From contig CAVRAL010000001.1 of NCBI GenBank assembly GCA_963719085.1, positions 1,056,001 through 1,120,000 on the forward strand: a DNA stretch of 64,000 nt, given 5' to 3'. A program made the position numbers and the translations under genes. The stretch comes from a candidate division FCPU426 bacterium (lineage in GTDB: Bacteria > Oederibacteriota > Muellerivitia > Muellerivitales > Muellerivitaceae). The notes under the pieces were generated by a model. The model had not been told where the DNA came from and searched no databases. It worked only from the letters and a program-made list of their open reading frames with translations. Below, in pieces: positions 1 to 10,014 of the stretch. How positions within the stretch are numbered: position 1 is the first letter of the stretch; each line of letters begins with the position of its first letter.

Positions 1-562
1 TGGAATCAATCCCCCCCACGCCCGAGTCCGGATCCAGGATGAGAAGCACCCGGGAATATTTGGCCGTGGTCTCGATGATCCTTCCCACGATGCCTTGCTC
101 GGAGATGACCGGCGAATCCACCTGGACGCCGTCGTCGGTGCCTTTATCAATCACGAAACTTTTGTTCCAAGTGCTGGGATCATGGGCGATGATCCGGGCG
201 AGCTGGGCGTTGTGCGGCATGGTGGCCTTGATCCGAACCACATCCTGGAGCCGCTTTAACTCATCCCCCACCAGTTTGTCCGATGAGATTTCAAGCCGAA
301 GGGACTGATTGTCCTGTTGGAGCCGGGTGACTTCCTGTCGCAAGTGGCTCAATTCCTGAATGGCGTCCAGGGTATTTTCGGGAAAGGTCAAAATCTGATC
401 CACGCCGTCCTGGATCGGCTGCCAAACCGAGAGCGAGACGTTTTTAGCCGCTCCCGCCTCGCGCAAAGTCCGGGCGTGGCGGTGGAAATAAATCCAGACG
501 CACAAAAACAAAAGCAACGCCAGGAGAAGAAGCGATCGGTTTTTGATAAGGAATTTAAGCAC
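1..562 (-). CDS. mreC: Rod shape-determining protein MreC (truncated at window edge)
   Basis: Manual translation from GTG at 562: N-terminal TM, coiled coil, then ARIIAHDPSTWNKSFVIDKGTDDGV...GIVGRI...SRVLLILD. Lies directly downstream of mreB. Confidence 0.92.
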   Translation of the reverse strand, partial: MLKFLIKNRSLLLLALLLFLCVWIYFHRHARTLREAGAAKNVSLSVWQPIQDGVDQILTFPENTLDAIQELSHLRQEVTRLQQDNQSLRLEISSDKLVGDELKRLQDVVRIKATMPHNAQLARIIAHDPSTWNKSFVIDKGTDDGVQVDSPVISEQGIVGRIIETTAKYSRVLLILDPDSGVGGIDS

Positions 563-613
563 GGCGTCTTAAGCTTTCAAAGCGTTTGGCGGCTGGCCGC
601 TGGGGACGGAGGA

Positions 614-1654
614 TTAATTGTATTCTTTTTCAAGAACCGAAATCCGCTTCAACAAGTCCAGGGACTCATCCAAAAGCTTGCCCGCGCCCATGGCGACGGC
701 CGTCGTGGGATCGTCGGCCAAGTTCACCGGCACACCCGTCTCGTCCCGTAGACGTTCGTCCAAATTCTTTAAGAGTGAGGAGCCACCGGCCAGGATAATA
801 CCCCGGTCCACGATGTCCGCGGCCAACTCCGGCGGCGTGCGCTCCAGCGTCATCTTGATGGTCTCGATGATGGGAATCAGCGGCTCTTCCAGCGCTTCCC
901 GAATTTCTTCCGAGCGAAGCTCGATGGATTTGGGAAGACCGGTCACCAAGTCCCGGCCCTTAATCTGCATGCGCAGTTCCTGCTCCAGCGGGAAAGCCGA
1001 CCCGATTTGGATCTTGATATCCTCGGCCGTTCTTTCACCGATCAGGATGTTATAGGTCTTCTTGATGTGGCTGATGATGGCCTCATCCATTTCGTCCCCG
1101 GCTACCCGGATGGATTTTCCGTAAACAATGTCGGTCAAGGAGATAACGGCCACTTCGGTCGTGCCCCCGCCGATATCCACGATCATGTTGCCTTGGGCTT
1201 CCCCGACGGGTAACCCGGCGCCGATCGCCGCCGCCATGGGTTCTTCCACCAGAAACACTTCCCGGGCGCCGGCCTGCTCCGCCGAGTCGCGCACGGCGCG
1301 CTTCTCAACTTCGGTACAGCCGGAAGGAATGGCCACCACGATGCGGGGGCGGATCAGGGACTTTCGGTTGTGGACCTGGGAAATAAAGTGGCGCAGCATG
1401 CGTTCGGTAATCTCAAAATCGGCGATGACCCCGTCCTTCATGGGCCGGATGGCGACGATCGATCCCGGGGTGCGCCCCAGCATGGTTTTGGCTTCGTTGC
1501 CGACAGCCAGGATTTGGTTGGTAGCTTTATGCACAACCACCAGCGAGGGTTCTTGCAGGACGATGCCCCGTCCCTTCACGTAAACCAATGTGGTGGCGGT
1601 CCCCAAGTCGATGGCGACGTCACTGGAAAACAGCCCTAATAGGAAGTTCAGCAA
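614..1654 (-). CDS. mreB: Rod shape-determining actin-like ATPase MreB
   Basis: [38 protein letters not shown] motifs; 346 aa. Confidence 0.98.
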   Translation of the reverse strand: MLNFLLGLFSSDVAIDLGTATTLVYVKGRGIVLQEPSLVVVHKATNQILAVGNEAKTMLGRTPGSIVAIRPMKDGVIADFEITERMLRHFISQVHNRKSLIRPRIVVAIPSGCTEVEKRAVRDSAEQAGAREVFLVEEPMAAAIGAGLPVGEAQGNMIVDIGGGTTEVAVISLTDIVYGKSIRVAGDEMDEAIISHIKKTYNILIGERTAEDIKIQIGSAFPLEQELRMQIKGRDLVTGLPKSIELRSEEIREALEEPLIPIIETIKMTLERTPPELAADIVDRGIILAGGSSLLKNLDERLRDETGVPVNLADDPTTAVAMGAGKLLDESLDLLKRISVLEKEYN

Positions 1655-1920
1655 AGGTCTTCTCCTCGCCGCGAATTCGCGGCCGGTTTTTAAAGAATCT
1701 CGCTACCCAAAACACCTATAAAAAAAACAACCCCGGTCGAAAACCGAGGAAACTCAAGGATTTACGAACCCTTCGGTAAAGGCGCAGTAGTTTAACATAG
1801 GGCCTAGGCCTGTCCAATATTTTTCAATAAATATAGGCCCGAAAATGGCGGTTTATTAAGACGAAATCGGCTTTTATGCAGTGGGTTCGATTGGGGAAAA
1901 AAAGAAACTTCCGGCGAAAT

Positions 1921-2376
1921 TTACGGCGTGGGGGCGGGCGGTCCGCCGATGCCGCGTTGGGCTTTCATTTTCAGGACCCGCTCAAACAACTTTAAATATT
2001 CTTTTTTCAAATCGGCGTGAGAAAAGCCTTTGTAGCCGTTTTCGTTGTAATCCTCGCCCAGGTATTCTTTGCTCTGTTTGATGAAGGTAAGGACGGTCCC
2101 CACAGTCTCATCCTCGGCGTTGGCCGCCTGGATCGCGACCTTTTGGACCACGCCGTTTTTATAGCGGCTGATCTGTTCGGGACTGGGATTGACGATCCCC
2201 CCGATTTTCCCGGTAAAGGAATCGTTATAAAAGAGCACCTGGACTTCTTGGCCGATTAACCCAGCGGAGTTAAAGAGCTGTTCGTTCACCTTTTCGCTGG
2301 CGGGCATTTCAGCCCCGCAGTCCGAGCAGAACTTGGCTTTCGGGTCATTTTTCACGCCGCAACGGGGACATTTCAT
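1921..2376 (-). CDS. Zinc-ribbon domain hypothetical protein
   Basis: N-terminal CPRC-x10-CSDC zinc ribbon; remainder unrecognised. Confidence 0.75.
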   Translation of the reverse strand: MKCPRCGVKNDPKAKFCSDCGAEMPASEKVNEQLFNSAGLIGQEVQVLFYNDSFTGKIGGIVNPSPEQISRYKNGVVQKVAIQAANAEDETVGTVLTFIKQSKEYLGEDYNENGYKGFSHADLKKEYLKLFERVLKMKAQRGIGGPPAPTP

Positions 2377-2733
2377 GAATTTAAGGATTCTCCTGGGAAA
2401 GTTCGGGAAACTATACCAGCCAATTCCCCCAATTCAAGGGTTCTCATAGCTGTTTTAACGTTCGGATTCCTTATTTTATAACGACAAAAAACCTGAAAAC
2501 CTTAGCCCCAGGCGATAAAAACAAGGGTCTTTTCAACCTAATAGACGGTTGGCGGGGGTCAAAAGTTACCCCCCGAAGCCCGTCAAAACACCCGGAACAA
2601 CTCCAGCCAACAGGCCGAACTTGCGGCCCGCAATAGATGACAGTGTTTGTGCATTAAAATTGATTTAAGAAATAAATTTAATTCCCCAGAATAATATCTT
2701 GAATAATTTTTGTCCTTATTGAAAATACAGCGC

Positions 2734-2910
2734 ATGCGTTTGAAAATTCCGGCATTTAGGAAAACCGTCGAAGCCGGACAAGCCGCGACCGAGTATCTAT
2801 TGCTCGCCGCCATGATTTTGATGGTCTTCACCGGAACAACAGCGCTCTTTTCAAAACAGATCCAAAATTATTTGGACCTGTTACTTGAAATGATTTGTCT
2901 ACCCTTTTAA
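2734..2910 (+). CDS. Small Flp-like pilin / class III signal peptide protein
   Basis: GQAATEY followed by hydrophobic helix LLLAAMILMVF; first gene of the Tad locus. Confidence 0.7.
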   Translation: MRLKIPAFRKTVEAGQAATEYLLLAAMILMVFTGTTALFSKQIQNYLDLLLEMICLPF

Positions 2911-2924
2911 ATTTCGGAGGCCCC

Positions 2925-3149
2925 ATGAAACTCAAACACTCTCTCAAAAATAACCGCGGACAAGGAATGACCGAGTACATTTTGATCGTCGCGCTGATCG
3001 CCGTTTTTGCCATTGGAGCCATTAAGTTCTTCGGAAAAAGCACCTCCGATAACTTCACGGCCGCCGCCAACGCCACCAACTCGGCCGTTAACAGCGGCAC
3101 CGCTGGTTCCTCCGCCGGCGGGGCGTTGGGAGCCGTCGCTGGGCATTAA
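2925..3149 (+). CDS. flp: Flp/Fap type IVc pilin
   Basis: GGAGG RBS; RGQGMTEYILIVALIAVFAIGAI Flp motif; 74 aa. Confidence 0.9.
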   Translation: MKLKHSLKNNRGQGMTEYILIVALIAVFAIGAIKFFGKSTSDNFTAAANATNSAVNSGTAGSSAGGALGAVAGH

Positions 3150-3154
3150 CCGCC

Positions 3155-3718
3155 ATGAGAACCCAGGCAAAAAACACCAAAGGCCAATCGTTGGTCGAGT
3201 TCACGCTCATCGCGCCTTTGGTTTTCTTTGTCTTTTTGGGAATTATTCAACTGACCTATATGGCTTTTGTTTTTTTCGCCGTGCAAAACGCGGCTTTTTC
3301 CATCGCTCACAAAGCCGCCGCTTCCGCTTCCCCCAAGGAATACAATCCGGCCCTCGATTTAATTTATGACTTGGCCCCTCTGGAAAAAATCAATTCTTCC
3401 CTCGTCCTAACCGCCTTGGCGTCTCAATGCCAAATTCAAAACCAGTCCGACCAAGTCCAGCTAACCTTGCGCTATCCCATGATTATTTGGATTCCACTGT
3501 TCAAAGAACTTTTTGGCGAAAAACTTTCTTTACCAACGACTTCTGAAAATCTCGACTCGAATCTCGTCCAAAATATTTTCGCCCTTGCCGGCGTCTCGAT
3601 CCCCCTACTGCGGGCCGCGGGGGCCCAAGCGCCTTACGTCCACTGGTTTGTCGTCACCGCGTCAGCGCTGGATGAAAACTCCGTTCCGAATACCGACGCT
3701 CTTCGGACACCCTTATGA
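3155..3718 (+). CDS. tadE: TadE-like pseudopilin
   Basis: KGQSLVEFTLIAPLVFFVFLGIIQ. Confidence 0.85.
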   Translation: MRTQAKNTKGQSLVEFTLIAPLVFFVFLGIIQLTYMAFVFFAVQNAAFSIAHKAAASASPKEYNPALDLIYDLAPLEKINSSLVLTALASQCQIQNQSDQVQLTLRYPMIIWIPLFKELFGEKLSLPTTSENLDSNLVQNIFALAGVSIPLLRAAGAQAPYVHWFVVTASALDENSVPNTDALRTPL

Positions 3719-4941
3719 CCTTACTTATTCGAAAAAAAATCGAAAAACCGGAGGGACAGGTTCTCTTAGCCACCTTGTTTTTTTGTTTTATTTTCGCGGC
3801 TTTATTCGCGGGCCTCTACAAATCGGGGCTTGTTTATAGCCTAAAGGAAAGGTCCAACCGCTCTTGCGAATTAACGGCTTTATCCGCCGGGGCCGTCTAC
3901 GCGAACGGCATGCAGCTGGTCCGGTTGACCAATGTGCTATTAATCGCCTTCGCGATGATCGACCTGACCGTCATCGCGGCCGAAGTCGCCGCGGCGTCCT
4001 CGGTCAGTTTCGGCGCCTTAGCCTTAATTGCCAGCCGGGCCGATCCGCATACGCGGAAAATAGTTCAAGATCTCCAAAAAGTTCTTTTCGGAATTGACAT
4101 TAAGGTTCCCGGCCTTTACCCGCTCCTCATTTTGACGGAAGGGCTTTCCGCCGACGAAAAAAACTGTTTAATGAACAATTGGTCCATCCCTGCCCACTTA
4201 TCCTTTCACGTCCCTTTTCCGCCTTCTCCCTTATTTCTTTTCAGCGTTGAAACTTCCACCCCAATATTTATTTCGGCGGTACCTACCATGGCTTTAAAAT
4301 TCCGAACCGCCGATCAATTCATCAATGATATGGATGATTCCAACGAGAACAAAGTCTATTACCGGTACAAGGATCAGCAAACAGGAACCTATCATTACGT
4401 CGAAGAAAAGGACACCGAGGAAGCGCCCGGATCAGTCCACGAAGGACAAAGACGCGTCAGAGAGGGTTTACCCGGATCAAACAAACTTCTCAAAATGGAA
4501 CCCGTCACCATGACGGAGGCCGAAAAGGACGCCTTGGGCTCGGCCGAAGGCGAGCTCCCCAAACACGGCCTGACTCAAATTCAAAGTTCTTTTGGCGCCA
4601 TCGCACACCTCTTAAACGGAATCCCAATGGATGTCACCGATCGGGACGACCCGCCCAACCACACGGTGGTCGTTTATTCCACCCTTCCCACAACCCTTCA
4701 AAAGACAAGCCAGTCCGGCGTGAACCTACAATCCCTGAGCGAAACCAGCGTCGAGGGTCCGGGATTAGCCGCCTGGGATTTTGAAAACCCCTTATACCAA
4801 GCCCGCCTGACGGAGTTCGACGCTTCCCGCGCCGCTCAAATCATAAGCTCCAAAATAAATTTGCAAAACCTGATCGGGTCGGGACAAATCCCATCGCTTC
4901 CCCATTTTTCCAATATTCCCGCCGCGCTTACGGGGTTTTAA
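3715..4941 (+). CDS. TadG-like pilus assembly protein
   Basis: EGQVLL prepilin-like N-terminus, TM segment, ALSAGAVYANGM; ATGA-coupled to tadE. Confidence 0.65.
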   Translation: MTLLIRKKIEKPEGQVLLATLFFCFIFAALFAGLYKSGLVYSLKERSNRSCELTALSAGAVYANGMQLVRLTNVLLIAFAMIDLTVIAAEVAAASSVSFGALALIASRADPHTRKIVQDLQKVLFGIDIKVPGLYPLLILTEGLSADEKNCLMNNWSIPAHLSFHVPFPPSPLFLFSVETSTPIFISAVPTMALKFRTADQFINDMDDSNENKVYYRYKDQQTGTYHYVEEKDTEEAPGSVHEGQRRVREGLPGSNKLLKMEPVTMTEAEKDALGSAEGELPKHGLTQIQSSFGAIAHLLNGIPMDVTDRDDPPNHTVVVYSTLPTTLQKTSQSGVNLQSLSETSVEGPGLAAWDFENPLYQARLTEFDASRAAQIISSKINLQNLIGSGQIPSLPHFSNIPAALTGF

Positions 4942-5429
4942 TGAAAAATTCCCAAGGGCAAGCCCTTACCGAAATGGTCCTGGTCATTCCCCTGCTTTCT
5001 CTTTTAGCTTTTGGGCTTATTCAGTTTGCCGTCTTTTTTTCCGCCAAGTCTGCCTTTGAATACGCCTGCGGTCAAATGGCCCGGCAATACGCTTGCGGAC
5101 GCGTTTCAAAGACATCCGACCTTTCCGGCTCGATATGGAACGCGCTGGGATCTTATCAGCGTTTTTTTGACCCCTCGTCTTTACGCGTTTCCGCCTCTCC
5201 CTTCTCATCCCAACTCGCGGCGCCTTTTTTATCCATCGCGAACGCCATGCCGGGCGCGGGCTTATTGACCTCCACACTCGGGGATGGCTTTCTGAATTAC
5301 TCGGGTCAGACTTGGATCGTCACGCTCCAATACAACGGCCTTCCCTTCTCCCATCTTTTCCTGTCCCGGGGGGTCCAGCTTCAAACTCAATTAGCCGTCC
5401 TCAAATATCCCGACGGGGCGATTCCATGA
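4941..5429 (+). CDS. TadE/TadF-like pseudopilin
   Basis: QGQALTEMVLVIPLLSLLAFGLIQF...AR. Confidence 0.85.
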   Translation: MKNSQGQALTEMVLVIPLLSLLAFGLIQFAVFFSAKSAFEYACGQMARQYACGRVSKTSDLSGSIWNALGSYQRFFDPSSLRVSASPFSSQLAAPFLSIANAMPGAGLLTSTLGDGFLNYSGQTWIVTLQYNGLPFSHLFLSRGVQLQTQLAVLKYPDGAIP

Positions 5430-6145
5430 AAAAAACATGGTTTTGGGCCACCCTGGTTTTTTGGGGAATTCTCTCAAGCGCCGTCATTTCCCGGGCGCTG
5501 ATCTTTTCGCCTTTACAATTCGACCCCCAAACCATTCAACACTTTGAAACACAGGTCAACGGGCTGCCTCAAGACCATCGGGTGTGGGTTAATTCGGGAA
5601 CGCTCAATCGTTTAATTCCCCTCATCGAAACCCAATATAAAAATCAAGGCTGGAACTTGGTCGGTTCGGGAATGGACTTTGCCCCAACCGCCCTCGGGAT
5701 TCAAGATCCGTCCATCGCCTTTCCCGATACTTTTCAAATCAAGATTTTTGAAAAAAACGCCGTCACCCGCACATTGGGTTTATGGCAATCGCCCGGGACG
5801 GATCAAACTTACGGCTGGACTTGCGATACGTCCCAAGCCATCCAGGACTTCGTTCAAGCCCGCAAAAACTGGAATTTCCCATTCGCGCCCCCGCCAAACG
5901 CCACTTCTTTTTTCGTTGAAAAAATAAGAAACTGCCAGATCGCGATCATCTTGGTTCCCGCGACGCCCCATCCCTTGGAGGAATTTGACGAAATTTGTCG
6001 CGCCCAATCCTTTGAGAAGAACCCCTACACCGGCGATACCTCCAACCCCACTTTTATCCTGAAAAAAAACAGGCTCCGCCTTTTAGCCCAACTCATCGCC
6101 GGAAAAACCCAGACTTCCCTCTCATTTGTGGATTTAAACAAATAA
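5426..6145 (+). CDS. Exported hypothetical protein in Tad operon
   Basis: ATG at 5426 overlaps the upstream stop; signal peptide MKKTWFWATLVFWGILSSA. Confidence 0.7.
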   Translation: MKKTWFWATLVFWGILSSAVISRALIFSPLQFDPQTIQHFETQVNGLPQDHRVWVNSGTLNRLIPLIETQYKNQGWNLVGSGMDFAPTALGIQDPSIAFPDTFQIKIFEKNAVTRTLGLWQSPGTDQTYGWTCDTSQAIQDFVQARKNWNFPFAPPPNATSFFVEKIRNCQIAIILVPATPHPLEEFDEICRAQSFEKNPYTGDTSNPTFILKKNRLRLLAQLIAGKTQTSLSFVDLNK

Positions 6146-6155
6146 AGGAAAAGCA

Positions 6156-6959
6156 ATGAACGACAAAAGAATTCTGATCGCCTTGGGCGCGGGACTATTC
6201 GCCGGCCTACTCGCCTTTTGGCTGATGGCGGAAAAAATAAAGGTTTATGAGAGACAATCCACTCCCACGGATGTCTTAGTCGCCACGACCTTTATCCCCG
6301 CCGAATCGCCTCTTCGGCCCAACCAAATCGAAAAACGAAAAATTCCGGCCGAGTTCATCGACCCCAGCGCCATTCAAGATCCAAAAGAGGTCGAAGGGCT
6401 CATTACCTTGGTGCCCATTTCAGCCGGCGAACAAATCCTCTCAAACAAATTCGGGCTTCCGGGAAACGGCTTGGCCCTGACGCTGCCGCAGGGACTGCGA
6501 GCTTTCACTCTTGAGGTCAATGAAATGACGGGCGTCGGCGGTTTACTCAATCCCGGAGACCGGGTCGATATCCTTTCGCACCTTGAGACCAATCAAAAGC
6601 AAATTACGGCGACGGTTCTTCAGAATGTCTTGGTTTTGGCCACGGGAATTAAAACCAGTAATTTCTCGTCCGATCATCCGTCTTCCAACGCCGCCCCGGC
6701 AAACCCCGGGGAAAATTCCCAGAATTCTTACGATACGGTCACTGTGGCCGTCACACCCGAGCAGGCGGAAATGCTCGCCTTTTTGGACGAGCGTCATCCG
6801 CTGCGCTTTGTCCTGCGTTCCCCCGGCGATGAGGAGATTTTACCGTTGGCGCCTCAAAGCGATTTGGAAATGATCAATAAAATCGGGACTTTTTCGAAAC
6901 CTCGCGAAAAAAGTTTGGAAGTCATTCGAGGAATCCAAAACACCGAGGAAGGACAATAA
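6156..6959 (+). CDS. cpaB: Flp pilus assembly protein CpaB/RcpC
   Basis: TM, SAF-like domain, GLRAFTLEV...GVGGLLNPGDRVDIL, LQNVLVLA, VTVAVTPEQAE. Confidence 0.93.
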   Translation: MNDKRILIALGAGLFAGLLAFWLMAEKIKVYERQSTPTDVLVATTFIPAESPLRPNQIEKRKIPAEFIDPSAIQDPKEVEGLITLVPISAGEQILSNKFGLPGNGLALTLPQGLRAFTLEVNEMTGVGGLLNPGDRVDILSHLETNQKQITATVLQNVLVLATGIKTSNFSSDHPSSNAAPANPGENSQNSYDTVTVAVTPEQAEMLAFLDERHPLRFVLRSPGDEEILPLAPQSDLEMINKIGTFSKPREKSLEVIRGIQNTEEGQ

Positions 6960-6960
6960 A

Positions 6961-7968
6961 ATGACAAAAAAATTATCGACTCTGATCCTGGCTTTTTTCA
7001 CCGGCCTTTCGCCGGTTTGGGCTGAATCCGACACATTCCACCTGACTATCGGGGACTCCAAACTCCTCCATCTTCAATCCACTGAAAAAATAGCGGTCGG
7101 CAATCCCGCCATTGCCGACATCACGACCGTCAGCAATGACGAAATCCTTATTTCGGCCAAATCCGTCGGCAGCACCTCCCTGACTTTCATTGCCGCCAAC
7201 GGAAATCAGACCAGCCAAACGATTATCGTAACCGCCCACAATTTAAAGAAAGCCATGATCGAAGTCGGGGCTGAGATTATGGAGATACAATCCCAAAGCG
7301 CTTTGGAAGCGGGATTGAGCTGGGGGTCCGTCTCACCGAGCGCCGTCACTGGTACCGCCAGTACGGTGGTTTCGAATAGCCTGGTCGTCGGCGAAAATTC
7401 ACCGCCGCCGCTTTTGTCTTTCGGCTCCTTGAATCGCCAAGCCATTACGGCTTCCCTTCAATTATTGATCAATCGAGGAAAAGCCAAGGTATTGGCCAAA
7501 CCCAAGCTTTTGGCGGTGAGCGGCGAGGAGGCGAGTTTTTTAGCGGGAGGGGAAGTTCCTTATATCGTTCAAAACAGCCTGGGAGCTTCCAGCGTTGACT
7601 TTAAACCCTACGGAGTCAAGCTCAACGTCAAGCCAACCTTGGACGCCGATGGGAATATTTTCGCCACCTTGCGCGCGGAGGTCAGCGGGATTGACTCCCA
7701 GAACGGCATCACCTTAAACAACGCGGTCATCCCCGCCCTTCGCACCCGCTGGGTCGAAACCAGTGTGTATATGCGAAGCGGAAGCACCTTGGTCATCGCC
7801 GGCTTGATTGAGGACGAGAGCCAAAAACTCACATCCGGCATCCCGATTTTAAGCGACATTCCCGTTCTGGGCGAGTTGTTCAAGTTCACGGACAACAGCC
7901 AAACTCAAACCGAGCTGGTTATTTTCGTAACGCCTTCTTTGGTGGGACAAAACGACGAGGCAGATTAA
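6961..7968 (+). CDS. cpaC: Tad secretin CpaC/RcpA (short form)
   Basis: IAVGNPAIAD N-domain; LAKPKLLAVSGEEASFLAGGEVP, GIPILSDIPVLGELF, ELVIFVTP. Confidence 0.93.
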   Translation: MTKKLSTLILAFFTGLSPVWAESDTFHLTIGDSKLLHLQSTEKIAVGNPAIADITTVSNDEILISAKSVGSTSLTFIAANGNQTSQTIIVTAHNLKKAMIEVGAEIMEIQSQSALEAGLSWGSVSPSAVTGTASTVVSNSLVVGENSPPPLLSFGSLNRQAITASLQLLINRGKAKVLAKPKLLAVSGEEASFLAGGEVPYIVQNSLGASSVDFKPYGVKLNVKPTLDADGNIFATLRAEVSGIDSQNGITLNNAVIPALRTRWVETSVYMRSGSTLVIAGLIEDESQKLTSGIPILSDIPVLGELFKFTDNSQTQTELVIFVTPSLVGQNDEAD

Positions 7969-7979
7969 ATTCAGTTTTT

Positions 7980-8444
7980 TTATTTTTCGGCCGCGGGCGC
8001 CGCGGACAAGCCTTCCACTTGATCCCCCGCCTTCACCCCGTTGTTCTTGTACCACCCGGTGTTCATTTCCAAGGCGTACTGGGCCTGACCCGTCGAATAA
8101 AAGGTATCCTCGGTCTCGGGCGGCATTTCCAAAATGTTCAATATGACACCCCGGCTATCCATATAAGCGATGCTCAAGGGCAGGAGGGTGTTTTTCATCC
8201 AAAAGGCCCTAATTTGGGCGTCCGGAAACACGAAAATCATTCCATGGTTCTTCTCCATCTCGCTTCGAAACATTAATCCCGTCATGCGGGTGGACTCTTT
8301 ATTCGCGACTTCCGCCTCAACCGCGTGGCCGTCAATGGTCAGGGTCACCACCGGCAAAACCGACTTTGCCTTGGGGTGACAAGCCGAGATTGAAACAGTC
8401 AACAACCCCAAAACAAAGATTGAAAATCGGATGGTTTTCTTCAT
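7980..8444 (-). CDS. DUF192 family lipoprotein
   Basis: EVA...RMTGLMFR...GMIFVF...FWMKNTLLPLSIAY...ALEMNTG; lipobox ISAC. Confidence 0.9.
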   Translation of the reverse strand: MKKTIRFSIFVLGLLTVSISACHPKAKSVLPVVTLTIDGHAVEAEVANKESTRMTGLMFRSEMEKNHGMIFVFPDAQIRAFWMKNTLLPLSIAYMDSRGVILNILEMPPETEDTFYSTGQAQYALEMNTGWYKNNGVKAGDQVEGLSAAPAAEK

Positions 8445-8554
8445 GATTTTTTCCGTTTCTCCGAAGTGAAAATGATCAAAAACCCTTATTTTTAAAAGGT
8501 TTTTCAAGATATATTAATTGACGGCTGAATTGCAATTGCTTTAAGATAAATGCC

Positions 8555-9628
8555 ATGAAAAAACAATTTTTGGCTTTCGTCTTTGTTCTTTCCGGCGCCC
8601 TTCTCGCTCCTTCCTTAGGAAAAGCGGCTCCCAGTGTCGAAGAAGCTTACCAATACGCCTACAGTCTTTATAGCGCCAATAATTTCGCCCAGGCCAAACA
8701 ATATTACCTCTATGTCGTCTTGAACGGCACCGATTCCGAGCAAAAAGCCAATTCCCTCTATCTACTTTGCCAATGTTACCTCCGTCTCGGGGATTACAAC
8801 AATTGCGTGAAAGCGGCCAATATGTTGGCCGGCGGATATCCCAAGTCCAATATCGTCAAAAATGGCAGTTTGACGAATTTTTCCACCAGCCTAATCAGCC
8901 AAGTCAGTAACTTTGACACCGATTGGGATTATTGGCGCTATCAAGATGGAACCGACGACAAGGACCAAATCGTTTGGAAAGAAAGCGTTCCTATCGGGAA
9001 AAAAATCAAGCAGATCGATTTCAAATTGGCTTTCGGCCTTTACCGGGCCTTGGCGAAGCTAAACCCCAACGCGGCGGAGACCCTGGACGCCAAGAAAAAA
9101 TTGGACGCCATGTTGTCCCGCCCCATGACCATTATTTGGGTCGATGAAAAAGCGGCGCCGAGCCGCAATGGGCATCCCGCGGACTTTTTCTCGCTTTTCA
9201 CTAAAAACGAGAAAAAAGATTTCTCGAAAGTAATCTGTGAACGAATGTTCTACGACTGGAAAAGCGACATGCTTTGGCGGTTCATGGACATGTACGACGA
9301 TGTCCGCAACTTAAAACCTCAATACACCGCGAAAACCTTCAATCTCGACAGCGATAATTCAGGGGATACCGGCGTGGCCGCCGCGGCCCCAACCGCCACT
9401 CCCAACCCTTCGGCCGCCTTGCCTCCTCCGCCGCCGCTTCCAGGCTTAGAAGCCTCGGCCGACACCACAAACTCGAAAACCCCGCCTCCACCGCCGGCGC
9501 CCTCCACGGCGCCCACCGATACGGACTTGACCCTCGGCCGGCTTTTCGCGGCCGCCGCCTACGATCCCTATTCCGACACCTTCAGCAACCCCGCCGAAAC
9601 TTCCGGGGCGACCGCCCCAAGCCTCTGA
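8555..9628 (+). CDS. Exported TPR-containing protein with Pro/Thr-rich tail
   Basis: Signal peptide; AYSLYSANNFAQAK and SLYLLCQCYLRLGDY TPR-like helices; PPPPP C-terminal region. Confidence 0.75.
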   Translation: MKKQFLAFVFVLSGALLAPSLGKAAPSVEEAYQYAYSLYSANNFAQAKQYYLYVVLNGTDSEQKANSLYLLCQCYLRLGDYNNCVKAANMLAGGYPKSNIVKNGSLTNFSTSLISQVSNFDTDWDYWRYQDGTDDKDQIVWKESVPIGKKIKQIDFKLAFGLYRALAKLNPNAAETLDAKKKLDAMLSRPMTIIWVDEKAAPSRNGHPADFFSLFTKNEKKDFSKVICERMFYDWKSDMLWRFMDMYDDVRNLKPQYTAKTFNLDSDNSGDTGVAAAAPTATPNPSAALPPPPPLPGLEASADTTNSKTPPPPPAPSTAPTDTDLTLGRLFAAAAYDPYSDTFSNPAETSGATAPSL

Positions 9629-9633
9629 ACCTC

Positions 9634-10014
9634 ATGAACCGGGAGAATCGCCAAAAGGTCGGTCATTCCCTCCTTGTCGGCTTATGGCTCATCGTGTTTT
9701 TCAGCTTGCCCGCCCTTTCATTGGCCGATACTAGCGCCACTCCAACGACCGGCACGTTAACCGCTTCGCAGCCGACCACCCAACAATACGGCAGCACGAA
9801 GCTTTTGGAAATTCACAAACCCATGATTCCGACCGCCTGGGGACGGGTCATCCAATATAAAAAAGACATTAACTTCGTTTTAATCGGCCACAACCAAGAA
9901 ACACTTTATGAGTTTGTGCTCGAGACGAATGACGGGATCATCCGCACCGCGACTTATCATGAAACCTCAGACGGGGACGGCTATTGGGAAGTTTACGTCT
10001 GGGACCAGCTTTGA
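9634..10014 (+). CDS. Small exported hypothetical protein
   Basis: Signal peptide and Thr-rich linker; stop overlaps the next gene's TTG. Confidence 0.7.
   Translation: MNRENRQKVGHSLLVGLWLIVFFSLPALSLADTSATPTTGTLTASQPTTQQYGSTKLLEIHKPMIPTAWGRVIQYKKDINFVLIGHNQETLYEFVLETNDGIIRTATYHETSDGDGYWEVYVWDQL

Noticed and set aside
2544..2584. GC-rich hairpin upstream of the Tad operon as a c-di-GMP riboswitch
   Set aside because: A stem exists (GACGG...CCGTC) but I could not match class I or II consensus features.
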